Of a stretch of DNA of 64,000 nt, positions 62,075 to 64,000 are shown piece by piece. The DNA is taken from assembly GCF_006345805.1 (NCBI RefSeq), contig NC_042997.1, forward strand, positions 40,796,001 to 40,860,000. The letters run 5' to 3'. The notes beneath the pieces are model-generated. The model was given only the letters and a program-made list of their open reading frames with translations. It ran no database searches and was not told the DNA's origin. Source of the stretch: Octopus sinensis (taxonomy: Eukaryota). The translations under genes and the position numbers were made by a program. Each line of letters begins with the position of its first letter. Positions within the stretch are counted from its first letter, which is position 1.

Positions 62075-64000
62075 TATCATCATCATCGTTTAACGTCCAT
62101 TCTCCATGCTAGCATGGGTTGGATGGTTCAACCTGGGATGTGGGAAGCCAGAAGGCTGCACCAGGCTCCAGTCTTATCTGGCAATGTTTCTACAGCTGGA
62201 TGCCCTTCTTAACGCCAACCACTCCGTGAGTGTAGTGGGTGCTTTTTACGTGCCACCTGCACAGGTGCCAGGCGAGGCTGGCAACGGCCACGGTCGGATT
62301 GGTACACTTTACATGCCACCGGCACAGAAGCCCGTCGAGGTGGCACTGGCATACAGCCACAATTTGGATGGTGCTTTTTATGTGCCACCGGCACGGAAGC
62401 AAGTCGAGGCGGCGCTGGCATCGGCCACGATTCGGATAGTGCTTTTTACATACCACCAGTCCAGAGGTCCTGGCATCTGCCGGGTGCCAGTCATAGGATT
62501 GATTCAATTTCGATTCCGATTTCGATTTTAATTTCACTTGCCCCAACAGGTCTTCGCAAGCAAAGGGGGGTTGGCATGGGAGCCTGTCGTCGGATGAGGT
62601 TCGATATCAACTTCGATTGCCTCAACAGGTCTTTGTGTGTCGAAGGGAGGAAAGGCATGCATAAGTGGGCTGCACAGCATATTTCCAAAGGTCTCGGTCG
62701 CTGGTCATTTCCTCAGTGAGGCCTAAAGTTCAAAGGTCGTGCTTCACCACCTCGTCCCAGGTTTTCCTGAGTCTACCCCTTCCACGGGTTCCCTCAACTG
62801 CTAGGGATTGACACTTTTTCACACACCTATCTTCATCCATTCTCGGCACATGACCATACCAGCGCAATCGTCTCTCTTGCACACCACAACTGATGCTTCT
62901 TAGGTCCAACATTTCTCTCAAGGTACTAACGCTCTGTCGAGTATGCACACTGACATTACACATCCATCGGAGCATACTGGCTTCATTCCTCGCGAGCTTA
63001 CGCATGTCCTCAGCAGTCACGGCCCATGTTTCATTGCCATGTAGCATGGCTGTTCGTACACATGCATCATACAGTCTGCCTTTTACTCTGAGCGAGAGCC
63101 CTTTAGTCACCAGCAGAGGTAAGAGCTCCCTAAACTTTGCCCAGGCTATTCTTACTCTAGCAGTTACACTTTCAACGCACCCACCCCCACTACTGACATG
63201 GTCACCTAGATAACGGAAGCTATCAACTACTTCTAGGTTTTCCCCCTGGAAAGTAACGGAAGTTGTTTTCTGCAGATTTTCAGAGTTTATTGCTCCTGAG
63301 CATCTGCCACATACAAAAACTATCTTCCCAGTTAGCCTTCCTTTGACATTGCTGCACCTCTTATGTGTCCATAGCTTACACTGGGTACATCTTATAGAGT
63401 TTCTACCTACACCTTTTCTACAGATTGAGCAGGGCCATCTCCCTGAAGACATTTGTGATTTGTCTACCTTCCTACTTATTAGGACTTTGGTTTTAGCTAG
63501 ATTGACTCTAAGGCCCCTCGATTCTAAACCCTCCTTCCACACCTGGAACTTCTCCAGTTCTGATAGTGACTCAGCAATTAGAGCAAGATCGTCAGCATAG
63601 AAGAGCTTCCAGGGGCAACCTGTCTTGAATTCCTCCGTAATTGCCTGGAGGACTATGATAAATAGGAGGGGGCTGAGTACTGAACCCTGGTGGACCCCAA
63701 CCTCTACTTTGAATTCTTCTGTGTACATGTTGCCAACCCTAACCTTACTTACGGCATCCCTGTACATGGCTTGCACAGCCCTCACCAGCCATTCATCTAT
63801 CCCTAGTTTCCTCATTGACCAGCAGATAAGGTATCGGGGGCCCTGTCAAAGGCTTTCTCCATGTCAACGAAAGCCAGGTACAGGGGCTTATCTTTGGCTA
63901 GGTATTTCTCCTGCAGCTGTCTCACCAGAAATATGGCATTAGTGGTGCTTTTCCCTGGCATGAAACCAAACTGCATCTCGTCCAAGTTGACTCTCTCCTT
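62075..64000 (-). mobile_element. RTE-clade LINE (family 2), 3' portion, relatively young; continues past the window end
   Basis: ORF 62730-63815, 361 aa open (GVHQGSVLSPLLF, FYADD, LRWYGHV). 3'UTR has a minisatellite and a (GAT)n tail at 62075. Confidence 0.95.

Overview
AT-rich, microsatellite-dense eukaryotic DNA. The SINE, RTE and R4 repeat content resembles an Octopus/cephalopod genome; this is inferred from recalled repeat families, not from a search. Most of the window is transposon debris: RTE, CR1, Tx1-like and R4/Dong LINEs, tRNA-derived SINEs, two mariner relics, a 5.6-kb hAT element, MITEs, a Gypsy relic with its 3' LTR, and Penelope-like fragments. There are two unrelated tandem arrays, both with ~211-bp monomers (21.2-29.3 kb, ~38 copies; 34.0-36.3 kb, ~11 copies). 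The second array is built from the C-terminal coding end of the hAT transposase. The only host gene found is the 3' end of a PARP14/15-like mono-ADP-ribosyltransferase on the minus strand. Its four phase-consistent exons (45824-45455, 45038-44905, 44189-44012, 41811-41543) encode KH-like, WWE and ART domains, and the last exon is absent from the ORF track. No CRISPR, rRNA or prokaryotic-type system is supported. There is one 100-N gap (56914-57013).
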